Source: Bigelowiella natans CCMP2755
Taxonomy: Eukaryota; Protista; Cercozoa
Direction: 5' to 3'
DNA: 64,000 nucleotides
NCBI GenBank assembly: GCA_000320545.1
Contig: ADNK01000506.1
Coordinates: forward strand, 124,001-188,000
The translations under genes and the position numbers were made by a program. This document shows, in pieces, positions 37,936 to 48,347 of this stretch. Positions within the stretch are counted from its first letter, which is position 1. Each line of letters opens with the position of its first letter. Under the pieces are notes generated by a model. It made no database searches and had not been told where the DNA came from. It saw nothing but the letters and a program-made list of their open reading frames with translations.

Positions 37936-38564
37936 GCTTCTCTTCTATGTTAAATCAGCAAGTGTGATGATACAAGGGTGTGCCGCTCCGCGGATTGCCG
38001 CTCCGCGGATTGAAGTTTCAAATTATCCCTGTTTCAAAATATTCAAACGTGCGAAACCACCTTGCTCTGTCGCAGCAAGAAAATACATGAGAAAATATTA
38101 AATCGGCAATGCAGCTGGACTCGTACGAGTATACCTGTACGAGTCTCGTACGAGATCTAGATCTGAGGAGGTAGATCTAGTATCCTGTAGTAACGGTACT
38201 TTTACCATAATTACCGGTAGAAACGGTAACGCATGGAAGAACTCATGATTGATCTTTTTTCGTTGGGTTTTGAGCATGTATAATTGACGCAGGGTAAAAA
38301 CATAGGGCATTTTATCAAATATTAAAAAATTTCCTCCGGTTACACCAATAGCTGCCATCATCACCTTCCAGCTTACCTATTTCTCCCCTCACCCGTAGAT
38401 AACATAAGAGGGAGGGTAAACAGGATTCTGGGCCATTGCTAGGGCGATAATTTTTTGTGGATTTAAAAGCAAACAAAATTCCGAAAGCGTGCTGGATTTC
38501 CCTACGGGGGTAGAAACGGATAAAGCAGCCAACGATGCTCTTCAGGGGCAAGAGCACCGCACAA

Positions 38565-40418
38565 ATGAGTATGACGCAATCATGCAACACTGGACTTTCT
38601 TTTGACCAAGGGTAAGTATTTAAAACACAAAATGGTGGTTAATCTTCCCGTAATAACTGGTGTTATCCATTAAATAAAGGGATAACTCGCATCTCGAGGA
38701 AAAAGATGCGACGATCCTGAAAGCAGGGTAAGTCAATTACTTCATGGATATCATCCGTACAAGTCACATTTAATGACGCAATACTTTCTGCCATATCTTT
38801 GTGAATTATATTGATCGTAACATTACCAACTTGTTTTAGCTGGGTCAGTAAGAAGAATTCTTTGGTGGGATGGAAGAAGCGCTTCTTTCGATGTTCCACG
38901 ACTCATCTCAAGTATCTTCATAATTACCCCTACTATATACTCATGAAGAAAGAGAAAGAGAGAATAGGAGGGTGGGAGGGAGAAGCAAAGAACTTCATCG
39001 AGATTTTCCCAAGATATATCCAGGTTCTTCTTTCAATGACTACCATCACAAATAACATCTAGGTATTTCGAGAGCGAAGAATGTGAAGATGCCAAGAAAA
39101 CTGTTCAAGGTAAAGAATTGGTCGAAGTGCGATCAACAGAGGTCAGCTTATCATCATAATTTCGAAACTTCCAGTAAAATAACCACAATCAAAGAGAAGG
39201 AGCTTCTGGTGTTGCAGCTTACCGCTAACAACGATTTATTGATTAGGGAAGCGAACATGAGTTCAGTCTGTTTACAACTTCTAAGACCCACCGTTTGCAA
39301 GTCTCAAGCAAAGAGGACCGCGACGAGTGGGTGGAAGCATTGGAGACCCTGATTGCATTGTCCAGTAAGCGAGCTCGAGGCTCCACACAAATTGATTATC
39401 CCGAAACAGGGGCACAGAGGGGTCCTCTCAATAGGACAGCATCGGCTGCGGTTCTTTCGGCGGGGAGGAGAGGAGTACGTAGTGCCCGTGGTGTTCGTAA
39501 TTTACCTCCTCGCCCATCCACGCCTCTCTCGAAGCATACCTTGGATAACCTTCCAAAGGTGGAGGCCTGATAATCTAATCTGTACTAATAATGGTAAAAG
39601 TAATAACACAGCTCTTCCACAATCAATCTTAACTGAATAGCTTGTGGCTTAACAGGCATCGGCTCTTATATCATCGAAACAAAGTGAGTGGCTGCCAGTG
39701 TGGAAGGCGGTTAAAGATTGTTGTTACACCGTGAAGCCCTATAAGACGTCTGGAATCATCACGAAGATTCCGACGGGGAAAACCATAAAAGGCTGGCCTG
39801 TAATCCAAGTTACGACTAAGACGACAGGAATTAAGCAAACATGGCTTCGCTGTAAAGCAGGATGGACATTACTGGTCTGTTATCATCAAAATCTTCTTCC
39901 TTTTCTTTTCGGGAAAAAAAAATGCAGATCGCAATCCAACACTTGGATGCATGTGTACGTGTCAAAGACTTGATGTATATCATCATCCCTAATTTTATTC
40001 TCCCCTTTCTCATCCTCGCCATCATGACTAATGTCCATCCTAATGTTCGTCATTAACATGACAATCATTATTATCATCATCATCATCGTTATCACCATGT
40101 GCTCTATTCCTTCATCAATCAACAGTCCGACAATGGCACTGAATTCGCAGTTCCATGCTTGAGTCACAACTCATGGGCAAGTAGCACAGGAGCCGTGCTA
40201 CCTCTTCACAATCACTATCCTAGCGACAACGATGAGGACAACGATAGAGGTGTTGTTGCACAGCTTGAAGCGAATAAGGTGATCTGTCTTTCGTCGGTGA
40301 AGAAACGTGTGTGAAATTGCGGTGTTGTTGTCATAAGATATAACTGCGTCGATACGTGAAAATCTGTTGATGCATACTCTCTTTTGTTCACAGTTTCGCT
40401 CACGTGATACACACCGTG

Positions 40419-40461
<43 letters not shown>

Positions 40462-40735
40462 GTATAAAGAGAGGGGAGGGGGCTATATAATCAACCCCGT
40501 CTTCGTCATTATCCATCGCTCGTAGTATTATTCCAATCCTGAGACAAATTGTCCTATTCTAGTGTATCTCCCGTTCAGAATTGAAGGTGCTTCCCATGAT
40601 AGTAAAGGTGTCTGCTGAAGATAACGACGAGGAGAAGAGGAGGTTGTTATTATTATAGTGTAGATAGATTGTAGACTGCTGACAGTAGTCACACAAGCCT
40701 CTTCCCTTTGCGATGTAGAGCAAGATTGTCATGAT

Positions 40736-40780
<45 letters not shown>

Positions 40781-41787
40781 ATATATATCCCATCCCCTTC
40801 ATCCAAAGAGTAGCTGGTGACAAAATATGGATGAGAATGTTTCTTCAAAACTTAACTCTATGTTGTGTATCTGTCCTACTATTTCGTCCTCGTTGAATAT
40901 AGCAGCAAAGCGGAGGTGTGGATGAAAGAAGCCAAGACGGAAAACTGGTGTTGTCTCCTATCAGGGGACACTTTCTTCTTGGAGCCGAGAAGGAAGGAGG
41001 ATAACGAAGAAACCGCAAAGAGTAGTAGGAAATACAGTACATATAAAATAAAAGAGATTACACGACTAATTTTATTTGAGCTTCCATTGATGTTTCAATT
41101 TCGTCAAGGAGAAGGTGAGAAATAAGTACTAAAGATATGTTGCTTCGAATTGCGTGTGTATGTGTATCTCTTTCTTTCGTAGGCGACAAAGATCACTCCC
41201 TCTCTTCATCAAAACCACCCCAACCACCTCCACCCGCTAACCCACCCCAACCACCTCCACCCGCTAACCCTTACCCTTCAACATCCAACAAAAACCAAAG
41301 AGGAGTTGATTCTTCATCAACTCCCATTCCCCCTCCTCCTCCCGGTAAGCCTCATCCGTCAACATCATCATCTGGACTGCCACCCCCTCCTCGTAGTAAT
41401 GAGCCTCCGTTGCCATCCACCCCATTTTCATCATCAAATCCCCCTCCTCCACCTCCCCCCTCTGCACCTTATCCTCCCCAGCATCAACCATCTCGTCAAC
41501 ATCCCCATCCGTCTTCTTCACAATCCCCTCCCCTACCATCTCCACCTCCTAAGCCTCAACCTTTGGACTCCAAGAATAGCGTAGGAAATCCTCCTCCTAC
41601 TCCTCCTCCCCCTCTCCGTCTTATGAGCAGGCCTCCTTTGCCATCAATGGAAAATAATTCCCCAGTTACACTTCTTCCTCCTCCACCCCCGCCAACCATG
41701 TCCATGCTGCAAGAGGATCTAGATGATATCGACCTTGATAGCCCTCCACCAGTCCCTAGACCCCCTTGTTCATCGTCGTCTACATAG
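38565..41787 (+). CDS. PH-domain protein with an SH3-like segment and a proline-rich C-terminus (spliced)
   Basis: ILKAG|WVSKKNSLVGWKKRFF...SSKEDRDEWVEALETLI (PH signature); WLRCKAGWTL; polyproline exon 41162-41787. Confidence 0.75.
41215..41268 (+). repeat. 27-bp coding tandem duplication (PPQPPPPAN x2)
   Basis: ccaccccaaccacctccacccgctaac occurs twice in a row. Confidence 0.9.
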
Positions 41788-42294
41788 CAGTATCAGCATA
41801 TAGTATATTCGAAATTTCGCGAATACGATTGTTGCAAGAGAAAGTCGTTGGGCGAATGTACACCAAACAACATCCAACAGTTTTAGTTGCGTAAATCGCA
41901 CAACACACCTGCATTTAGAATGCACACACTCATACGCATGTTTTGCATGTACACGCACGTCTAGATGCATGCATGTGTGCCACAGCCAGCGCATTTTCAA
42001 TTTGCGTGACACATGGAGCTAGTTGTGTATCAAACGTCAAACGTCCAGCAGACGTGCGACACGTTGCACGCAGCTGCGGCGCACGCATGCCACATGCATG
42101 ACTTGTAGCCACGCGCTGCATCATTGCACATGCTGATTATTGTCGACGACGGCCAGCTGCACGCACGCACATGCATGCAATCGCATCATTTAGCAATTGT
42201 TGTCACATTTTCACATGGCATTTTTCGATGTCAAGAAGCTGCGCGCCAATGTGTGCCGCGCGCTCGCTAGCTCGCTGGCGCCTCATCATGTGCG

Positions 42295-42619
42295 TGTAGC
42301 GCGTACTACTACGCGAGCACAAGTCACGTGCGACAACAAAGGGGTTGTCGCGGATATAGAATATAGATAACGTAGATATTAATACAGTATAGGCACGTGG
42401 GTTCCGGCGGGACTCATGGCAGCACACCGGAAGTGTGCTGCCCCACGTGCGGCGGCATTCGCGAAAGCTTCGCGAATGATTACGCAGTGCACGATTTAAT
42501 AAAAATATAATCTTTAATAAAAATGAACATAACTCTTCAAAAGGAAGCAAACGTGCCTTCCCCCCCCCTGCCTACTTGTGCACGTAGCGCCTCGGCCTGT
42601 GAACACCTTACGCGCAACA
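42295..42619 (+). repeat. 5' LTR of copy 2
   Basis: Matches 47684-48008. Confidence 0.97.
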
Positions 42620-42658
42620 ACCTTTGGCTTCCACACACGGGAAACGATTTGACTAACA

Positions 42659-45600
42659 ATGTTACAGCAGCTAGAAGAACAGCAGGACTTTGGCTCGCAG
42701 GCCGTGCAAGGGCACGAGCAGAAACAGGAAAGGAAGGGCGATACGGACGCTAAGGAAGGAGGAGGAACACCTCCACAGGCACCGCCGGGACCAGCACCCG
42801 GGATTAAGAAAGCAGATGCAGCAGCAGAGGCACTGGAGAACTTCTACGAGGCGGACGACGAGGACGTGGCCGCCGAAAGCAAGAAGGTCGTAATGGCATT
42901 ACGAGCCTTGCGACCCAGGGCGAGCAACTACGCCAAACTGAAAGTATCGATAGAATACAAGTATCAGACACATGATGTTTGGGCAGCTATCATGCAGGAC
43001 ATCATGGATTACGAAGCAGACTTACCTCCAGAGTGGGCAGCTTTGTTTAGGAACGACGGGGGTCTGGGCGCCTCGCGGGGGACGACCCAGAGCACCGTCA
43101 AGCAGCAGCAGCCGGTACAGCGGAACACCCAGTTCATGTCTGTTAAAACAGCACCGGTTATGATAACGAAATACAACGGGAAAAGAGGTGAGGCAAGGAG
43201 GTGGTGGAAGAACGCTAGGAGTATACTCTGCGACTTTACCCCTAACCCCACCGAAAACGACAAGCTCAAATGGCTAGCTATAATAAAGCAAGCCATGGAC
43301 CTTTACGAGACAGGCAGGACCCGGATCAGGCAGCTGGAGAAAATACACACTACAGTTAGTGGGCTACGAGACGTTGAGGCGATAATGAAGGCTTTTGTAA
43401 ATGAACAGGATGCTAACTCCCTACCCCAGGCTATTAGAAAATACAGAGCAATGATGCAGCATGAGAGAGAACCTGTTAGAGACTTTGCCACGCGCTTCCA
43501 GGATATGATCGACGAACTACATGATTTTAATTACAACACAGGTGATGATCAGGCAAGGTTTGAAGAGTTCAAGTTAAAGATAAAGGAATCCACTTACGTT
43601 ACGGAGAAAGGCTACACCACGATGGAGGCAGCAGTGCGGGCTATATCCCTACGCGAGCAGGAGCAGGACCGCAAGTTTACCAGCCCTAAGGTACCTGGCA
43701 TAGGAAACATTAACGCTATTAAGCCGCAGCGAGACTGGTACAAGGACAGGGAAGGTAACCGACGTTGCGGATACTGCTCACGTAAAGGGAAACACACCGC
43801 TAAAGACTGCAGAGACAGGAAAGAAGGACGACCCAGGATGACGATCAGGCAGCTCAACGAACACTACGAGAAGTTAAAGAGAAAGAAAGGCAGAGGACAA
43901 GGATATAACAACAGCAAATGGCAAGGCAGCAACAACGGGAAGAACAATAAATATAAGAACAAAAAGCAGAACAGTATCAATGCTATACAGCAGCAGATAA
44001 ACGGAATATTAGATCACCTTAAGCAGGCGCCGACGAAGACAGCAGTACCAGCAACGCAGGACCAAGACAAGCCCATGACCCTAGACGACATAAAGAACTT
44101 AGGAGTATGCAACATTAATGACGAAGACGCTAACAGGACTATCAAAGTTGCTATGACCAAGGTTAAAGTTAAAGACAGCTACGGAGACTACAAGAAACTA
44201 CCTGCCCTTTGGGATAGTGGCAGCATGCCGAAGTCCTTCATAAGCCTAAGCACAGTAAGAAGGTTAGGACTATTGGATCAAGTGACTAAGAAAGAACGTA
44301 AATATGCTCAAGCAGACGGAAGCTCTTCTATGAAGACCGTCGGTGAGCTAATGCTAAAGCTACAGATACCTGGCAGCGACGCGGAGACCCAAATCAAGAC
44401 CCGAGTAGCCATGACTTTATCCATGGAACTACTCCTCGGACAGGATGCCCTAGAAAAATTAGGGGGGATCATATCATTCTACAATCACAAGATATACTAT
44501 GCTAAGTTACCAAAGAAGTCAGGCAGGACCATCAGCCAGAACATGATACGGCTTGACGAGTGGACCTCTGAGTCAAGCGTTAATGCGTTAGAGTTTATGG
44601 ACCTAGCGGACAACAAGCTACCTACACCTACCGAGCTACGGAAGAAGAACCCCGGCAAGACCATCCGACAGATAACGGAGCTACTGGACAAGACCCCCCC
44701 AGCTGATGATTGGGATATCGACAAAGGCAAAAAGTACATTAATAAAATATTAAACGAGAAGTACTCTGACATTACCAAGCCGACGACGAAGCCCTCCAGC
44801 AAACTTACCCCAGTAAAGATCGAGCTAAAGGAGGGATACGAAGAGTGCATCATCAATGACCCAGAACATAGGCGACCGGAAGCGGACTGGGAAAAGATTG
44901 AGTGGCAGATCAATGAATGGGCAAAGGAAGGGAAGATAGAGCCAAGCAACTCACCATGGAACGTGAGACATGTGCTAGCTAAGAAACCTACTTACCCTTT
45001 CTTCCGCCTGGCGCACAACTTCATCCGCCACAACCGAGTAATAAAGAGGATCCAGACACCTACACCAAAGATAGATGACGTTATTGAACACGTCATAGGA
45101 TACAAATACTACTCTTCCCTAGATAAAAATGAATCATACATGCAGACACCCATCCACAAAACCTCCCGCCCCATTACCGCGTTCTCCAGCAGGCACAGGA
45201 AGTGGCACTTCGTCGTATTCCCTTACGGCCTAAGCATATCAGGGGATGCGTTCAGTAGTCAGAACTACAGGGCATACACACATGATGGGATGGCGTCTGT
45301 GTTGTGGGTGTTTGTGTTTGTGTATGTGGATGATGACATAATATGTACCAACACAGTCGTCGCTCAGATCTTCCTCCTGGAAAATATATTTATTAGGTTT
45401 GCACACTTCGGTTTTACCATTAGACTGCAGAAGTGTACATTCCTAGCTACAAGAATCAAGTGGTGTGGATATTACCTGGAGCAAGGCCGCATCACCCCAA
45501 ACCCCGAGAAAGTAGCAGCACTACAGCAAGCCCCTAAACCTAAGAATGCAAAGGAGTTAAAGTCATTCTTGCAGACTGCAGCTTGGATACTACGTAGGTT

Positions 45601-47632
45601 CTCCCCTACCTACGCTAGGACTGCAGCTGCTTTTACTACTGCTTACCGGAAGGAGAACTCTGTAGGCCTCAGCTTCGCTAAGGTGTGGGCCAAGGCTGGC
45701 CTTGATGCCCACTTCGATAACCTAATAAAGTTATGCAGCAACACCCTATTGAATGCTAAGCTAGACACTACTAGACCAGCTACCCTATGGACAGACTGGT
45801 CTAAGCTAGGTATGGCTGCTGTACTTACCCAAGACCAGCAGATCATACGGGTGTGGGGCAGGGCCTGTACAGCAGCTGAGGCCAAATACAGCCCTACAAA
45901 AGGAGAGTATAAAGCCATGACTGAGGCGCAGAGGAAACTAAGATACTACCTGCTGTCGGTGCCCAGCTTCACCTTAATGACTGACCACAAGCCCCTCCTA
46001 GGCATCGACCGCAAGCTCGAAGCGCCTAACGATGAGTATGCAGCTATGAGGGCGGACACGGAAGAGTTTAGGGACAAGAGGACAGTGGTCTACGCACCAG
46101 GAGACAAGCAGCTTGCTGACTATTTCAGCAGGCTGTTCGAAAAGAAAGTCCCTACCCAGGTCACCCCTATGGTTAACGCGATTACCTTCGAGGACGGCGA
46201 CTTCCTGCCTGAGCCAGAGGAGCTCCAGCACCTTCAAGAACACCTGGATAAATACAAACACAAGCATGAGGTACTTAGTGATAGGATATATGTATACACT
46301 AATAATGTTAGGCGTACCTACGTGCCACGGCGGACCAGGGGAGCCCTTCTCTTTACCGCCCATGGACCTGCACACGTAGGAGAAAACCATATCACTGCTC
46401 TACTCTACCATTACTACTGGCCCTACAAGCTAAAAGAGATAAGGACATACCTGCGTGGCTGCAGGTGCTCCAGCTTGAAGGCGGCAGGTGTCGCCACCAA
46501 GGAGTCCAGCAAGAGCCGTGCATCTAAGAAAATCAAAGCAAGGAACTTCTTAGATATCGTGCAAATTGATGTTTATAAGTACGATGGCTATCACTACCTT
46601 ACCTTCGTTGATGTGGCCACTGGAAAGTGCTGGGTTAAAAAGATTATCAAGGTCAACGTTGCTAAGAAGAACAAAGGCTTATATAAGCAGAGGCTTACTA
46701 ACTGCTACCGTACCTGGGAGTCTGAGCTCCAGGCTATCCCTGATGAAGTTAGCATAAACAAGATACCAAAGAAATTACATGTGGATAATGAGACCTCTCT
46801 TCTACAGCTACCACACCCTAATATTGATGCCTCACCTGTATACTATGCCCAGTCCAACTCCAAGGTAGAGCGACTCCACCGCACCTTGGCCAACCTAAGC
46901 AGGATAAATAGCACCACACCAGACAAGATACAAGGGTTAGTAAACGACACCTTCACGTCTGGGGGAGGTATCAAGGATAAGGAGAGGGAAGAAGGCGACG
47001 ACAACGACGACGATACCGAGAGCGAAGACGAGAAGGTCCCGTACGATGGCCGAGTTCTAAAGGAAGGACAGTATGTTAGGGCCAAGGTAAATCTGAGATC
47101 GAGAAATAAACAAGACCCCTTCTGGGGTGGCGTTGCAAAGGTTACCGAGAGGAAGGGGAGGAAGCAGTACTACATCTATGATGGGAACAGGGTCACCTTG
47201 CGCCACATCAGTCATCTAAAGAATTATGATATCGGTGAGAAGCTCCTAGAGGATGTTAAAGTAAACCCTACTGTGTGGGAGCGAGCCATGCCTTGTTTAG
47301 GACCCCGACCTAAGTTCGATGTGGAATATGGAAACAATAAGGTCAGGGTGAACGACGATTGGCGCATGAAGATTGTCTATCTAGGCTACCCTGGATTACG
47401 AAATATGGAGAGGGTAGCTATGAAAATAAAGGACGGAAAATATCAGCTACTCTACCTAGCTGTTCCCGACTTACCCTTTGAGCACTGGTATAAGGTCCTG
47501 GGGGACCTTGATGCAGAGGGCTGGTATGGACACGAACCTAAGGACGAAGGTGAGTTCTGGGTAAGCGACAAAGGAGATAAGGTTAGAGAGGAATCTATTA
47601 CCTGGTGGTTGGTGAAGTTCCGAAAGCGATAA
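42659..47632 (+). CDS. gag-pol polyprotein: Gag with CCHC knuckle, aspartic protease, RT, RNase H, integrase, SH3-like domain, C-terminal Dam-like domain
   Basis: CGYCSRKGKHTAKDC; LWDSGS; FPYGL/YVDD; TDWS..E..TDH..ADYFSR; HGPAH..YYW..CRC; IDV/VDNE/SNSKVER; DPFWGG..RHISHLK. Confidence 0.97.
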   Translation: MLQQLEEQQDFGSQAVQGHEQKQERKGDTDAKEGGGTPPQAPPGPAPGIKKADAAAEALENFYEADDEDVAAESKKVVMALRALRPRASNYAKLKVSIEYKYQTHDVWAAIMQDIMDYEADLPPEWAALFRNDGGLGASRGTTQSTVKQQQPVQRNTQFMSVKTAPVMITKYNGKRGEARRWWKNARSILCDFTPNPTENDKLKWLAIIKQAMDLYETGRTRIRQLEKIHTTVSGLRDVEAIMKAFVNEQDANSLPQAIRKYRAMMQHEREPVRDFATRFQDMIDELHDFNYNTGDDQARFEEFKLKIKESTYVTEKGYTTMEAAVRAISLREQEQDRKFTSPKVPGIGNINAIKPQRDWYKDREGNRRCGYCSRKGKHTAKDCRDRKEGRPRMTIRQLNEHYEKLKRKKGRGQGYNNSKWQGSNNGKNNKYKNKKQNSINAIQQQINGILDHLKQAPTKTAVPATQDQDKPMTLDDIKNLGVCNINDEDANRTIKVAMTKVKVKDSYGDYKKLPALWDSGSMPKSFISLSTVRRLGLLDQVTKKERKYAQADGSSSMKTVGELMLKLQIPGSDAETQIKTRVAMTLSMELLLGQDALEKLGGIISFYNHKIYYAKLPKKSGRTISQNMIRLDEWTSESSVNALEFMDLADNKLPTPTELRKKNPGKTIRQITELLDKTPPADDWDIDKGKKYINKILNEKYSDITKPTTKPSSKLTPVKIELKEGYEECIINDPEHRRPEADWEKIEWQINEWAKEGKIEPSNSPWNVRHVLAKKPTYPFFRLAHNFIRHNRVIKRIQTPTPKIDDVIEHVIGYKYYSSLDKNESYMQTPIHKTSRPITAFSSRHRKWHFVVFPYGLSISGDAFSSQNYRAYTHDGMASVLWVFVFVYVDDDIICTNTVVAQIFLLENIFIRFAHFGFTIRLQKCTFLATRIKWCGYYLEQGRITPNPEKVAALQQAPKPKNAKELKSFLQTAAWILRRFSPTYARTAAAFTTAYRKENSVGLSFAKVWAKAGLDAHFDNLIKLCSNTLLNAKLDTTRPATLWTDWSKLGMAAVLTQDQQIIRVWGRACTAAEAKYSPTKGEYKAMTEAQRKLRYYLLSVPSFTLMTDHKPLLGIDRKLEAPNDEYAAMRADTEEFRDKRTVVYAPGDKQLADYFSRLFEKKVPTQVTPMVNAITFEDGDFLPEPEELQHLQEHLDKYKHKHEVLSDRIYVYTNNVRRTYVPRRTRGALLFTAHGPAHVGENHITALLYHYYWPYKLKEIRTYLRGCRCSSLKAAGVATKESSKSRASKKIKARNFLDIVQIDVYKYDGYHYLTFVDVATGKCWVKKIIKVNVAKKNKGLYKQRLTNCYRTWESELQAIPDEVSINKIPKKLHVDNETSLLQLPHPNIDASPVYYAQSNSKVERLHRTLANLSRINSTTPDKIQGLVNDTFTSGGGIKDKEREEGDDNDDDTESEDEKVPYDGRVLKEGQYVRAKVNLRSRNKQDPFWGGVAKVTERKGRKQYYIYDGNRVTLRHISHLKNYDIGEKLLEDVKVNPTVWERAMPCLGPRPKFDVEYGNNKVRVNDDWRMKIVYLGYPGLRNMERVAMKIKDGKYQLLYLAVPDLPFEHWYKVLGDLDAEGWYGHEPKDEGEFWVSDKGDKVREESITWWLVKFRKR

Positions 47633-47683
47633 AGGTCTAAGGGAATAAGGAAGGAAGGAAGGAGCAACGTGACTTGGGGGAGG

Positions 47684-48008
47684 TGTAGCGCGTACTACTA
47701 CGCGAGCACAAGTCACGTGCGACAACAAAGGGGTTGTCGCGGATATAGAATATAGATAACGTAGATATTAATACAGTATAGGCACGTGGGTTCCGGCGGG
47801 ACTCATGGCAGCACACCGGAAGTGTGCTGCCCCACGTGCGGCGGCATTCGCGAAAGCTTCGCGAATGATTACGCAGTGCACGATTTAATAAAAATATAAT
47901 CTTTAATAAAAATGAACATAACTCTTCAAAAGGAAGCAAACGTGCCTTCCCCCCCCCTGCCTACTTGTGCACGTAGCGCCTCGGCCTGTGAACACCTTAC
48001 GCGCAACA
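47684..48008 (+). repeat. 3' LTR of copy 2
   Basis: Preceded by PPT TGGGGGAGG; followed by TSD TGCG. Confidence 0.97.
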
Positions 48009-48347
48009 TGCGCTCGATCGGCGGCGATGCGATTGCACGTAGCGCAACATGCAGACAATAAGGAATCTGTGACGTTACACGTAGTACATGCACGCACACA
48101 TCATCATCAACATCATCATCATCATCATCATTGCACACAGCTGAATCCATCTAGCCGTGCAGTTGCATGAATGATTGATTCTGTGCGTGGGTAGGGTATT
48201 CGATTCTAGGTACGAAAATAGCAGAATTCAGTCGAAAATAACACTGCGACAAGGAATACATACTGTCGTCTTCTCAAGTCGTACTGCGGAAACAATTCGA
48301 GAGAAGAGAAGCGACGAACGAGCAAAGTACGACGCGGAAGCGATACG

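Larger units (their letters stand above)
42295..48008 (+). mobile_element. Full-length intact Ty3/gypsy-type LTR retrotransposon, copy 2
   Basis: 325-bp LTRs at 42295-42619 and 47684-48008; 4-bp TSD TGCG; PBS; PPT; single 1657-aa ORF. Confidence 0.98.

Noticed and set aside
40905-41000. Possible WW domain in the PH gene
   Set aside because: WW-like residues (WMKEAKTEN / GVVSY...SSW) fall in two frames with no clear splice; unsupported.
25077-48008. Segmental duplication or assembly collapse explaining the two elements
   Set aside because: Different flanks, different TSDs and copy-specific LTR variants indicate separate transposition events.
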